Source: an uncultured virus (IMG/VR IMGVR_UViG_3300006990_000018) (Duplodnaviria; Heunggongvirae; Uroviricota; Caudoviricetes). Taken from it: DNA of 20,000 nucleotides. Each line of letters begins with the position of its first letter. Positions within the stretch are counted from its first letter, which is position 1. The DNA lies in the IMG/VR virus record IMGVR_UViG_3300006990_000018. One strand, written 5' to 3'. The notes below the pieces were generated by a model. That model did no database searches, was not told the origin of the DNA, and saw only the letters and a program-made list of their open reading frames with translations. Positions 8,714 to 17,301 of the stretch are shown one piece after another. The translations under genes were made by a program, and so were the position numbers.

Positions 8714-9208
8714 ATGGCGAACAACACGAACAGCCCCGAGGTCCTCGCACGCCTCATTTTGAAGAACGAGTTTGACCGAGACGACTACTCTTGCGGCGTT
8801 GGCGCCGTTGGCTACATCTGCCCCAATGGGACCAACCCCGATGGCGGCATGGACCGAGCCGAGGGTGAGATGCTCGCCGCAGAAGCCAAGGAACTCAAGG
8901 CTGAGTGGTTGGAACTCACGGGCAACGAGTGGACTTGGAAGGACATGGAAGCCGCATTGGCTGAGTGGAAAATCCGAAAGCAAATCGCTGGCGCTGAGCG
9001 CCGCCGCTTGGCTCGTGAGGCTTGGAAGCGCACTCAGCAAGTCGGAACGCAAGTCTCCGAAGAGGAGATGGAGTCCATCGCTGAGGCCGAGTCCATGGTC
9101 GCCTCCATTGAGGCTGGCGAGCGCAAGGCCGCTGAGGACTACGGACAAATCGCTGGGTGGAGCAACTCTGGCTCCCGCAACCGCTTCGGTCAAATGGAGT
9201 GGATGTGA
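8714..9208 (+). CDS. Hypothetical cassette protein (helical/coiled-coil)
   Basis: 164-aa ORF starting exactly 30 nt after the class I core. Confidence 0.8.
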   Translation: MANNTNSPEVLARLILKNEFDRDDYSCGVGAVGYICPNGTNPDGGMDRAEGEMLAAEAKELKAEWLELTGNEWTWKDMEAALAEWKIRKQIAGAERRRLAREAWKRTQQVGTQVSEEEMESIAEAESMVASIEAGERKAAEDYGQIAGWSNSGSRNRFGQMEWM

Positions 9209-9210
9209 AC

Positions 9211-9242
9211 ACCGTTAAGAACTTGGGCGTCAAGCCCTACAC
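9211..9242 (+). promoter_or_regulatory. Class II promoter-like motif (ACCG-TTAAGAA-C)
   Basis: 28 nt before the portal ATG; GTTAAGAAC is also present at 17271. Confidence 0.6.
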
Positions 9243-10682
9243 ATGGCGGAGCGCAAGCGACGAAGGTTCGGTTTCCTTGGGCGTGGTCGCAAGACTGCGG
9301 CCGACGAAGGAGACATGAGCACGAAAGCACTTGCATCCCTGTCTCGCATCGGTCAAGCGACCAGCGTGGATAAACGAACGGGCAAGAAGTCCAGCGGTGG
9401 CCACCAATTGGTTAGCCCCGCCGTCATACGAGACATCAGCCTCAAGTCCGAGGTCATCGCCGCAATTTTGAGACGGACGGTGGACGATGTGCTCGGCAAC
9501 GGTTATCGCTTTGACCTCGCAGAGGGAGTGGAGCGTGGGAACCCCGAGGAACTTGAGCGCCTACGCCTCTTCTTCTCCATGCCGAACCCCGACGATATGG
9601 GGAACGAGTGGCTTGAGTCCCTCGTCTATGACCTCGTGCTCTATGGAGACGCATACCTTGAACTGGATGGGAGCGGAGACACCAGCGACGACGAAGGCTC
9701 CGACTGGACCTTCGGAGGGAACCTCGTCTCCATGTGGAATATCCCAGCCGACACCATGGAGATAATCCCGAACGAGCGTCTCCCGCCCCCTCCCGAGATG
9801 GCGTATGTGCAAACGCTCAATGGAATGAAGCGCCGCTTCTCAGCGAACAAAGTGCTCCACATCGCCAAATACAAGCAGGGTCGTGGCTACGGCACCTCTC
9901 CACTCGTGCCCCTATTGCAGACCATCGCAGGGCAATTGAACCTCTCAAACTACATCAACGAGCAGTTCACGGGAACGCTCCCAAAGACCATCCTCAATGT
10001 GGGCGACATCAGCAACGCTGAGATGAAAACGATGTTGGCCATGCTTGAGCAACAATTGAGCACGGGCAAGTCGCCCTTCGGCTTGGTCGCTGTGAATGGT
10101 GGAACGGGCTTCCAAACCCACCGCCTTATTGACTCCATTAAGGACGGCCAGCACCTTGACCTGCTCTATTACTACCGAGAGGAAATCTGCGCCGTGTTCG
10201 GCATCCCACCCATGAAATTGGGCTGGGTGCAGACAGGCAAGATGAGCAACCCCGAACAACAATTGGAAGCGTGGTATGATGTGGTGGAGTCCTACCACCA
10301 TCGCATCGCCTCCATGATTAACCACCGCATCCTCTCCATCCTTGGTGTCAAGGATTATGTGTGGCGCTTCAACACGATTCGCCCGTCTAAGGAGAAGGTC
10401 ATGGCCGAGGTCGTGCGTGCCCAAGGGCAGGCTATCGCCGCACTTAGGCAAGAGGGGGTTATCACCATCAACGAGGCACGAGCCATACTTGGATATGAAA
10501 TGCTGGAAGATGACAAGGCATCCGACCCATTCTTCATCAGCCCCAAGTTATCCATCAACCAAGGAGCAGAAGCCGCCGCAGAGGCCGCAGGAGACGCTCC
10601 TGTGGACGAGGAACCTTCCGAGGACCCTACACCCCCCGAGGACCGAGAGGAAGCGCTGGGGACGCCGTGGGAGGTGTTTTAG
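9243..10682 (+). CDS. Portal protein (HK97-like)
   Basis: Typical portal motifs: PNP..GNEWLESLVYDLVLYGDAYLE, VLHI..YGTSPL, REEICAVFGIPPMKLG, GVITINEARAILGY. Confidence 0.92.
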   Translation: MAERKRRRFGFLGRGRKTAADEGDMSTKALASLSRIGQATSVDKRTGKKSSGGHQLVSPAVIRDISLKSEVIAAILRRTVDDVLGNGYRFDLAEGVERGNPEELERLRLFFSMPNPDDMGNEWLESLVYDLVLYGDAYLELDGSGDTSDDEGSDWTFGGNLVSMWNIPADTMEIIPNERLPPPPEMAYVQTLNGMKRRFSANKVLHIAKYKQGRGYGTSPLVPLLQTIAGQLNLSNYINEQFTGTLPKTILNVGDISNAEMKTMLAMLEQQLSTGKSPFGLVAVNGGTGFQTHRLIDSIKDGQHLDLLYYYREEICAVFGIPPMKLGWVQTGKMSNPEQQLEAWYDVVESYHHRIASMINHRILSILGVKDYVWRFNTIRPSKEKVMAEVVRAQGQAIAALRQEGVITINEARAILGYEMLEDDKASDPFFISPKLSINQGAEAAAEAAGDAPVDEEPSEDPTPPEDREEALGTPWEVF

Positions 10683-11129
10683 GTGCAAATGGATATTGAC
10701 GCTGGTGTATTCAATCGGCTCGGAGCGTCATTTCAATTTCTTGGAGTGTTCATGGACCGCCAATGCGCCATGGATATGCAACGCCTCATGGGCGAGAAAA
10801 TCCTCGCCAAGGCGCTGGAACTCGTGCCTGTTCGCACAGGCGCTCTCAAGTCCACAGGGCGCGTTGTGAAGTCGCAGGACCGCAAGGGAATAGAGGTCCG
10901 ATTCGGAAACGGTCGTATTCAATACGCCTTGGTCGTTGAGTTCGGTCGCATTAAGTTCGCTCCGTTTCCACCCAAGCCCTACATTCGCCCCGCTGTTAAG
11001 TGGGCCTCACGCAACTTCAAACGAGATGCAAAACTCAAATTGGATAAGGCGATAGCGGCTTCACTACCCAAGGTCATAACGAGCAGAGGTATGCGTGGCG
11101 GTGGAGGAGGAACCTCGTATGGAAGATGA
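10683..11129 (+). CDS. HK97 gp10-like neck/tail completion protein
   Basis: VPVRTGALKST, YALVVEFG and PKPYIRPAV signature motifs; GGAGGTG SD-like sequence before the GTG. Confidence 0.8.
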   Translation: MQMDIDAGVFNRLGASFQFLGVFMDRQCAMDMQRLMGEKILAKALELVPVRTGALKSTGRVVKSQDRKGIEVRFGNGRIQYALVVEFGRIKFAPFPPKPYIRPAVKWASRNFKRDAKLKLDKAIAASLPKVITSRGMRGGGGGTSYGR

Positions 11130-11826
11130 ACACATCAAAGCACCAATCTCAGCATCAGTCAAGAAGGCGCTCGCTGAGAAGGCGAAGAAGCACAATGAGA
11201 AGCACACAGCCGCAAGCAAGCGGACCAGCACTCGGACCCTTATTGCCGTTTTTAGGCGTGGTGTGGGTGCCTACAACACGAACCCGCAGAGCGTGCGTCC
11301 GTCCGTTTCATCAGCCGACCAATGGGCGTATGCTCGTGTGAACTCCTTCCTCTATGTTCTCCGCAACGGACGGTTCCGAAGCGGCAAGCATGACACCGAC
11401 CTACTACCCAAGGGGCACCCGCAGTCCACGAAGTCGTTTGACTACGACGAGAAGGCCCCCAAGACGAACTTCCCCAAGCGTGGGGACAATGACAAGGTTA
11501 GTCTCGCCAATAGCGAATATCAGCAGTTCCCCTTGGCCTATGCGCTGAAATTGAGGGAGGAGCACCCCGATATATGGCGCAAGGGCGGCAACATTCTCGG
11601 CAACACGCAGTTCAACCGACTCCGCAAGGTCAAGTCTGGCGGTGTCAAGACTCCGACCGACGAGAAGGCAGTCCGCCTCCGTGAGGCTTGGGCCGCTCGC
11701 CACCTCAAGGACTACCGCCTCGCTGGCGTGGTCGCTCAAATCAAGTGGCTCGTCGTCGGTTCCCGAGGCGTTGGCCACATGAAACAGGTCATTGATGAGG
11801 CCCGAAAGAAAAGCCTTGAGGAATAA
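11119..11826 (+). CDS. Two-domain putative head-associated protein (N-terminal DUF5824-like)
   Basis: AVFRRGVGAY...RP...QWAYARVNSFL motif recalled as DUF5824-like; GGAGGAGG before ATG 11119. Family call from memory. Confidence 0.6.
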   Translation: MEDEHIKAPISASVKKALAEKAKKHNEKHTAASKRTSTRTLIAVFRRGVGAYNTNPQSVRPSVSSADQWAYARVNSFLYVLRNGRFRSGKHDTDLLPKGHPQSTKSFDYDEKAPKTNFPKRGDNDKVSLANSEYQQFPLAYALKLREEHPDIWRKGGNILGNTQFNRLRKVKSGGVKTPTDEKAVRLREAWAARHLKDYRLAGVVAQIKWLVVGSRGVGHMKQVIDEARKKSLEE

Positions 11827-11827
11827 G

Positions 11828-11857
11828 TATATATAGGGGTGCTCCCTACGCTTAACC
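11828..11857 (+). promoter_or_regulatory. Class I element copy 5 (TATATATAGG 11828-11837)
   Basis: ATG at +30 (11858); right half closely matches copy 3. Confidence 0.85.
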
Positions 11858-12154
11858 ATGAAGCAATACTTCACGGACGAAAACGGAACATGGATGGAAG
11901 ATAATTTTCAAGTCGGCGAGCGCTACGGCTCGTCGCAAGTCGTTGTCCTCAAGCGAGGCGAGACCCAATCCAACGGTAGCACCACCGTGGTCTTTCAACA
12001 CCTTGAAACGGGCATGATTGAACAAGTGAGCACGGACCCACACACCTCCGTGTATTGGACCCAAGACAACTGCCGCTACGAGAGCATTTATGTGAGCATG
12101 CTCGGTGGCGTCGTCAAGTCCAACGACCCGAACTACTTCGCTCTCAGTCGGTAG
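11858..12154 (+). CDS. Hypothetical cassette protein (beta-rich)
   Basis: 98-aa ORF starting exactly 30 nt after the class I core. Confidence 0.75.
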   Translation: MKQYFTDENGTWMEDNFQVGERYGSSQVVVLKRGETQSNGSTTVVFQHLETGMIEQVSTDPHTSVYWTQDNCRYESIYVSMLGGVVKSNDPNYFALSR

Positions 12155-12186
12155 GCGTCTTATAGGTGGGGAAACGACCCCAACCC
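12152..12186 (+). promoter_or_regulatory. Degenerate class I element (TAGGCGTC-TTATAGG)
   Basis: TAGGC start; TATAGG ends at 12166 and ATG is 21 nt later (12187), the same spacing as in full copies. Confidence 0.55.
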
Positions 12187-12471
12187 ATGGGACACGGAAA
12201 GAAAAGGCTACACAATCGCGCCCCTCGGTGGGTCATTGAGGGCCTTGATGCTTTGGAAGCGGACCCTCCAAAGGACCCGTGGCCAACTTCATATTTCATT
12301 GAGTTCACCTACGAGTGGAGAACCGCCCGCCTGTCTCAGTATCAAAGCCTGCGATGGCCTCCACGCGATTGGGACAACACACCTAACGAGATGGCCGCCC
12401 TCCTACGAATGAAGGGCTGGACCAATCGGAACAAGGGCACAGGCCGTCCTGCTGTGTGGGAACGCTCATAA
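12187..12471 (+). CDS. Hypothetical cassette protein, possible winged-helix
   Basis: TPNEMAALLRMKGW...G...VW pattern; start from element spacing. Confidence 0.6.
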   Translation: MGHGKKRLHNRAPRWVIEGLDALEADPPKDPWPTSYFIEFTYEWRTARLSQYQSLRWPPRDWDNTPNEMAALLRMKGWTNRNKGTGRPAVWERS

Positions 12472-12495
12472 ACCACATAGGGCGAACCCAAGGCT

Positions 12496-14049
12496 ATGAG
12501 CAGTCTTGACAACGCCACCGTCGTTGATTCACAAGTGTTCTCCGCCATCGCTGGCGACGCTCGTGAAGCCGTGTTTGAATACCGACTCACAATGCCGTTC
12601 AAGGTGGATAAGGAACACAAACCCGACCACGATGACGATGATGTAGTCGTCTATGGACCCGTCTATGTTGGAGACGACACGATGTTGGACCGCCACAAGG
12701 AACTCGTGGACTCAAAGGCCATCATGGACTCGTGGGAGTCCTACTCCAAGAACCCCGTCATTCTGTATAACCACCGCAAGGACTACGGCGTCATTGGCCT
12801 CATGGAAGAGGTTGAAATGGGCGAATACACCAAGCCCGACGGAACCAAAATCCAAGCCGTGTTCGGTCGTGCCCGTATTGATGGCGGCGAGAAGGACATC
12901 ACCCGCAAAATCAACAAAGGGATGCTACGAGCGTTCTCCATCGGCTTCATCGCCAAGGCTGGCGTCAAGCAAGGCGACGGCGACGATGCCTACCTCACCT
13001 TCACCGAAGTGGAGTGGATTGAGACGAGCGTGGTGGATATTCCTGCGTCTCCCAATGCCCTATTCAATGTCAGCAAGTCTCTGATTTCCTACAATTGTTG
13101 TGAGGGTGAATGCTCTTGCGGCAAGAAACACATCGTCGCCGTGGAAGAACGGGATGGTTCGTATGTCATTGAGTTCGGCAAGGCTGAGGAAATGCCCGAA
13201 GAAGGACCCCAAGAAGGGACCGAGATGGGCTTTGACGCCGACCTCATCGTGGAACTAAGCGACACAATCGCTGGATTAGAAGCAAAATTGGCTCATCTCC
13301 AAGAGGTTATTGACGGCGATACCGTTAAAGGCCATGATGATAGCCAACAGGCCATGACCGAGCAAGAAATCGCCGAAGTCGTTGAAGAAGAAGTCGTTGA
13401 ATTGACGGCAGAAGAAGAGACCTTCACCATCAAATCCGAAGAGGCACCCGTTGTTGAGACCAAGGCCGAAGAAGAAACCGAAGAAGAGGCTCCTGTTGAA
13501 GAAGTCGCCGAAGAGGTTGCTGAGGAAGCCGAAGAAGAAGTCGCCGAAGAGGAACTTCCCGAGGAAGTCGTTGAAGAAGTCGCCGAAGCAGAGGAAGAAG
13601 AATCCGCTCCCGAAGTCGTTGAGACCAAGGAAGCCGAAGAAGCCGACACCACCGTCGCAGTCTTGTCCGAAGTCGCCAACTCCCTAACCGCTGTTGAGGC
13701 TGGTCTGAAAGAACTCACCGCTCGTCTTGACGAGACGGAGAGCCTCAAGTCCATGCTCGCTGAGCGGGACGCAACCATCTCAGAACTCACCGAGGCTAAG
13801 GCCGCCGCCGAAGCCGAGGCTGAAATTGAATCCGAAGTCTCCCGCCGCCTTGGCGAGAAGATGAGCGAACTCGGTTTGAGTGCAACCCCAGCGGTCGCCA
13901 AGCCCAAGTCCCTTTCCCCAACGACCAAGACCACCACCAAGGTGAAGTCGGGTCCAACCATGCACGACCCCGTGCCCGAAGTGAGCCAAGGAATGGCTTC
14001 GCTCGGCGACTGGTTGGAAGTCCGTCTTGCAGGCAAGAGGCTCGGTTGA
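12496..14049 (+). CDS. Prohead maturation protease (HK97 family) fused to acidic scaffold
   Basis: DRHKELVD, NPVILYNH (His), RAFSIGF (Ser), IETSVVDIPASPNA; Glu-rich and coiled-coil C-terminal half; class II-like TCATAAA-CC at -30. Confidence 0.9.
   Translation: MSSLDNATVVDSQVFSAIAGDAREAVFEYRLTMPFKVDKEHKPDHDDDDVVVYGPVYVGDDTMLDRHKELVDSKAIMDSWESYSKNPVILYNHRKDYGVIGLMEEVEMGEYTKPDGTKIQAVFGRARIDGGEKDITRKINKGMLRAFSIGFIAKAGVKQGDGDDAYLTFTEVEWIETSVVDIPASPNALFNVSKSLISYNCCEGECSCGKKHIVAVEERDGSYVIEFGKAEEMPEEGPQEGTEMGFDADLIVELSDTIAGLEAKLAHLQEVIDGDTVKGHDDSQQAMTEQEIAEVVEEEVVELTAEEETFTIKSEEAPVVETKAEEETEEEAPVEEVAEEVAEEAEEEVAEEELPEEVVEEVAEAEEEESAPEVVETKEAEEADTTVAVLSEVANSLTAVEAGLKELTARLDETESLKSMLAERDATISELTEAKAAAEAEAEIESEVSRRLGEKMSELGLSATPAVAKPKSLSPTTKTTTKVKSGPTMHDPVPEVSQGMASLGDWLEVRLAGKRLG
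13354..14049 (+). CDS. Putative nested in-frame scaffolding protein (MTEQEIAEVV...)
   Basis: In-frame ATG at the start of the Glu-rich region, preceded 29 nt upstream by ACCG-TTAAAGG-CC, which matches the portal promoter motif. Confidence 0.55.
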   Translation: MTEQEIAEVVEEEVVELTAEEETFTIKSEEAPVVETKAEEETEEEAPVEEVAEEVAEEAEEEVAEEELPEEVVEEVAEAEEEESAPEVVETKEAEEADTTVAVLSEVANSLTAVEAGLKELTARLDETESLKSMLAERDATISELTEAKAAAEAEAEIESEVSRRLGEKMSELGLSATPAVAKPKSLSPTTKTTTKVKSGPTMHDPVPEVSQGMASLGDWLEVRLAGKRLG

Positions 14050-14055
14050 AGGAGA

Positions 14056-14091
14056 AACGGTTAATACCCACGAACACAGGAGAGATGAAAC
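14056..14091 (+). promoter_or_regulatory. Class II promoter-like motif (AACGG-TTAATAC-CC)
   Basis: 31 nt before the MCP ATG; AGGAG also present. Confidence 0.55.
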
Positions 14092-15156
14092 ATGAGCCAA
14101 GATATTGACTTCACCGAACTCACAGAACGAGTCAAGAACGCCCTCGCTGGTGCCGCCGCTGGAACGGGCGCCACTATGCTACCTACGGACACCGCAGACG
14201 AGATTATCGGCATCGTCTATGAGAGAAACTTCATGCGAAGTCTTTTCCCAGCCATGCCCATGAACCGTCGCAAGGTCAATGTGCCCAAGTTGAGCGGGTC
14301 GGTGGACTTCCACCAACAGACTCTCTCCATGACGGACGCAGGCACCGCCGCTTCCGAATCCCGCCACGCAACGGATGAAATCACCTTGGAACTCAAGACC
14401 ATGATTGCGAACATCCCAATCGGCAACTACCTCGTCGCCTACGGTGTGGAAGGTCTCATGTCAGTCCTCCGAGACGACATCGCCTCCCGCCTTGCCTTCA
14501 ACGAGCAATCCTTGCTTCTGAACGGCGACACCGAGACTGGAAGTTCATACGCTGACAACATCAACGGCGCATACGCTTCCCCAGCCAACCTCACAGGTGT
14601 CTCGGGCACAGCCAACGACTACCTGCTTCTCTTTGACGGTCTCCGCAAGTCTGCAACAGCAACCCCTGTCGCAGTCGGAGGAACCTTCGCTCTCAGCCAC
14701 CTCCGAACCGCCATCGCCTCCCTTGGAGTCTATGCGGACAACCGAGACGACTTGGCCTTCATCGTGCCTCGCAACCTTGAGGTCCAACTACTTGGCTTGA
14801 CTGAACTTCAAACCGTGGATAAATACGGCCCTGCCGCAACCATCCTCTCTGGTGAAATCGGTCGCATTTACGGCATCCGTGTCTTTGGAACTGGCGCTCT
14901 CGCCACCAACCTTGATGTGGACGGCGTTTATGACAACACCACAGGCGGTGCTGTGCAGAACACAACCGTGGCTGTCCTCACCCACATCCGCTCCCCAATG
15001 ATTGGAAACCCAACCGTTGCTGAGCGCCGATTCAGCATTGGCTTCCACGACGAGCCAACCAAGGACCGATTCGTGCTCATCCCCAAGCAGGATATTGCCT
15101 TCGGAGTCCGCTACCCCGAAGCCATCTGCCTCTTGACGGGCATCGCTACGGTTTGA
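14092..15156 (+). CDS. Major capsid protein (HK97 fold)
   Basis: Follows the protease; G..LP..A.EII, LRDDIASRLAFNEQSLLLNGD, FDGLRK, GRIYGIRV and terminal YPEAI motifs. Confidence 0.92.
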   Translation: MSQDIDFTELTERVKNALAGAAAGTGATMLPTDTADEIIGIVYERNFMRSLFPAMPMNRRKVNVPKLSGSVDFHQQTLSMTDAGTAASESRHATDEITLELKTMIANIPIGNYLVAYGVEGLMSVLRDDIASRLAFNEQSLLLNGDTETGSSYADNINGAYASPANLTGVSGTANDYLLLFDGLRKSATATPVAVGGTFALSHLRTAIASLGVYADNRDDLAFIVPRNLEVQLLGLTELQTVDKYGPAATILSGEIGRIYGIRVFGTGALATNLDVDGVYDNTTGGAVQNTTVAVLTHIRSPMIGNPTVAERRFSIGFHDEPTKDRFVLIPKQDIAFGVRYPEAICLLTGIATV

Positions 15157-15224
15157 GGCTGACCTCGCTCGGCTTGCTCTCCTTGGACGCTCGCTGGGCG
15201 GGCACCACCATGGGAGGGAACTGA

Positions 15225-15851
15225 ATGACGGCCATTGACTATTGCACCCTCGCCGAGGTTGAGACCTACGCAGGCATCAATTTCAGCGACGGCATCGGAC
15301 CAAGCGACTCAGAAGTCGCCACGATGATAAGCAACGCCTCACGCATGGTTGATGCCTACGCAGGACGACAACTGGCTGGGACCGAATCATTCGTTGAATA
15401 TCAAGACTCCACCGAGCGTATGCGCCACCTCGTATTGAGGAACCGCCCTATCGTCTCGGTGGCCTCGGTTGAGGAAACCAAGTCCGATGGGAGCACGACC
15501 ACCCTCGTTGAAGGACGCACTCGTGGCGACTCCGATTGGTGGCTGGACGACTCTGAGTCGGGCATCATTCGGTTCCATAACGCAGTCGGCCTCAACGCCC
15601 TGCAATTGTTCAAAATCACCTACACGGCTGGACGCACAGCGCCTCCAATTGAAGCCAAGATGGCGACCATCCTTCTCGTGGTCCGCCAAGCCGCTCGTGC
15701 CGCTCTCAACGACGAGAACTGCTCGGAACGCATCAAGGAGATGTGGCGACCACTCTTGGCCACGACGGAGAGCGAATATCGTGAGATGCTTGAGCGTGTC
15801 AAGCGCGATTCGTATTCTGCCGTTGCCGTGTTCGGGAATGGCGGTGCTTGA
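15225..15851 (+). CDS. Head-tail adaptor (HK97 gp6 / SPP1 gp15-like)
   Basis: YCTLAEVE, ISNASRMVDAYAGRQL, RPIVSVASV, ITYTAG..P..AKMATILLV; directly after the MCP. Confidence 0.8.
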   Translation: MTAIDYCTLAEVETYAGINFSDGIGPSDSEVATMISNASRMVDAYAGRQLAGTESFVEYQDSTERMRHLVLRNRPIVSVASVEETKSDGSTTTLVEGRTRGDSDWWLDDSESGIIRFHNAVGLNALQLFKITYTAGRTAPPIEAKMATILLVVRQAARAALNDENCSERIKEMWRPLLATTESEYREMLERVKRDSYSAVAVFGNGGA

Positions 15852-16348
15852 GCGTGGTGGGCGGCCAACCTCCTCTGGTGGACCCCCACACCTTGCTCAC
15901 GGGGCTTATTGAGGACAATACCCCAGCCGTGGGTGGCTGGACCGTCGTGGTGAACGACGGATGGATTGAGGCCAAGAAGCAAAAGACCTACCAAATCGCC
16001 ATCACCCAAGAATACGGTGAAATCCGAACCGCCAACCTCGGAGGCTCTCAGTCCGACTCCGACGCCGTTCCCCGTGTGGTATCGCAGTTCTTCCTCATCA
16101 CCCTCTTCCACCCCACCCGTGTGGGCGTGTGGACGCTTTACAGAGCGCTCACACAGGTGCTCAACGACCGTAGCCTCACCACGAATGGGGTGAACGGCAA
16201 CACCGACTACAAATGGTGCCGTCTTGCCCGCTCAGACGAGGCTAAGGCCATCAATAGCGTGGATAAGGTGTGCGGTCCCGATAAGCGAGAGGGCGACTGT
16301 CTCGGGTATCGCATGGACCTCACCATGGAACTCCGATGGAATGAATAG
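15848..16348 (+). CDS. Putative tail terminator / neck protein
   Basis: TTGA coupling to the adaptor; size, position and C-terminal beta strand (YRMDLTMELRW) fit. Family not confirmed. Confidence 0.5.
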   Translation: MSVVGGQPPLVDPHTLLTGLIEDNTPAVGGWTVVVNDGWIEAKKQKTYQIAITQEYGEIRTANLGGSQSDSDAVPRVVSQFFLITLFHPTRVGVWTLYRALTQVLNDRSLTTNGVNGNTDYKWCRLARSDEAKAINSVDKVCGPDKREGDCLGYRMDLTMELRWNE

Positions 16349-16386
16349 GCAACACCTTAATATAGGTGGGGGGCATAGGGCAGAAC
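16346..16386 (+). promoter_or_regulatory. Class I element copy 6 (TTAATATAGG 16357-16366; stem CACCT/AGGTG)
   Basis: Its TAG is the upstream stop codon; ATG at +30 (16387). Confidence 0.88.
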
Positions 16387-16602
16387 ATGATGATTCCCCT
16401 GCCCGACTACATCAAAGCCGCCATTGAAGCCCACGCCGAAGAGTTCCTCAAGAGAGCCAACGGCAAGGGATTCATCCGATTCACCAAAGGAGACGCCTAC
16501 TCGTGGTGGAGCCACTTCTTTGACCGAACGGGGTGGAACCACTACTGCGCCTACCTCGTGAACGCCAACGGACCATTTCAAGAAGGGACGGTGGAAGCAT
16601 GA
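16387..16602 (+). CDS. Hypothetical cassette protein
   Basis: MMIPLPDY... starts 30 nt after the class I core. Confidence 0.75.
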   Translation: MMIPLPDYIKAAIEAHAEEFLKRANGKGFIRFTKGDAYSWWSHFFDRTGWNHYCAYLVNANGPFQEGTVEA

Positions 16603-16853
16603 AGCGACGAACCTCTTGCCCTCCCTACACCTGCAAGACCAACGGTCGGACCTACAAAATCAAGGACAACGGCACTTCTCGGATTCCCCCAAGGATTGAG
16701 TGGACGGGCAGAGTCCGAACCGTCATTGGCCACTACGCCTGCTTCAACTGCGGTGGCTATTGTGTTCCTCCGTATCACCCCGAAGGTGAATACCGACCCA
16801 AGACGGCTGAGGAAATCGCACTCGTTCCCGAGGAACTACGCCATACCCTTTGA
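16599..16853 (+). CDS. Small Cys-rich protein (CPPYTC...CFNCGGYC)
   Basis: ATGA coupling to the upstream cassette gene. Confidence 0.65.
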   Translation: MKRRTSCPPYTCKTNGRTYKIKDNGTSRIPPRIEWTGRVRTVIGHYACFNCGGYCVPPYHPEGEYRPKTAEEIALVPEELRHTL

Positions 16854-16861
16854 GCGGTGGG

Positions 16862-16891
16862 TTAATATAGGAGTGGCGCCTACGATTAACC
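16862..16891 (+). promoter_or_regulatory. Class I element copy 7 (TTAATATAGG 16862-16871)
   Basis: 24-bp identity to copy 4; ATG at +30 (16892). Confidence 0.9.
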
Positions 16892-17269
16892 ATGGCGACC
16901 CACGCATACCACACGGCCCAAATCGTTGAAACCTTGAACCTCGTGCCCCACGGCTCCACCGTGGCGGCTGACTTGAACTGCTGGATTGGCCTTCAAGCCT
17001 TGGACGAGAATGCTCCCGTGGTGTATCACAACTGGGGCATCATCCGAGACCACTTCACAGGCGAGGAGACTGAAATGGTCATCCTCTCTGCCGCTGACGG
17101 CTTCCGTGAGTGGTCCCGCTCGGGCATCATGGAAAAAGTGCACATCGCCAACGCCATTCGCATGGAGCGCTCCGCAGGCACCCGCATGGCCATCGCTGGC
17201 GGTATGATGCTTCGTGGCTTCAACTCCACCGAGGTCAAAGACGCATACCGAGCCGTTTGCCGCCGATGA
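16892..17269 (+). CDS. Hypothetical cassette protein
   Basis: 125-aa ORF starting 30 nt after the class I core. Confidence 0.78.
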   Translation: MATHAYHTAQIVETLNLVPHGSTVAADLNCWIGLQALDENAPVVYHNWGIIRDHFTGEETEMVILSAADGFREWSRSGIMEKVHIANAIRMERSAGTRMAIAGGMMLRGFNSTEVKDAYRAVCRR

Positions 17270-17301
17270 GGTTAAGAACCATCTTCGGGTTTGAACGGTT
17301 C

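Noticed and set aside
13354..13700. GAAGAAGTCGCCGAA-type repeats
   Set aside because: Explained by the Glu/Val/Ala-rich scaffold coding sequence.
15157..15224. Possible terminator or ncRNA after the MCP gene
   Set aside because: Only weak GC pairing and no oligo-T tract or tRNA-like fold could be supported.
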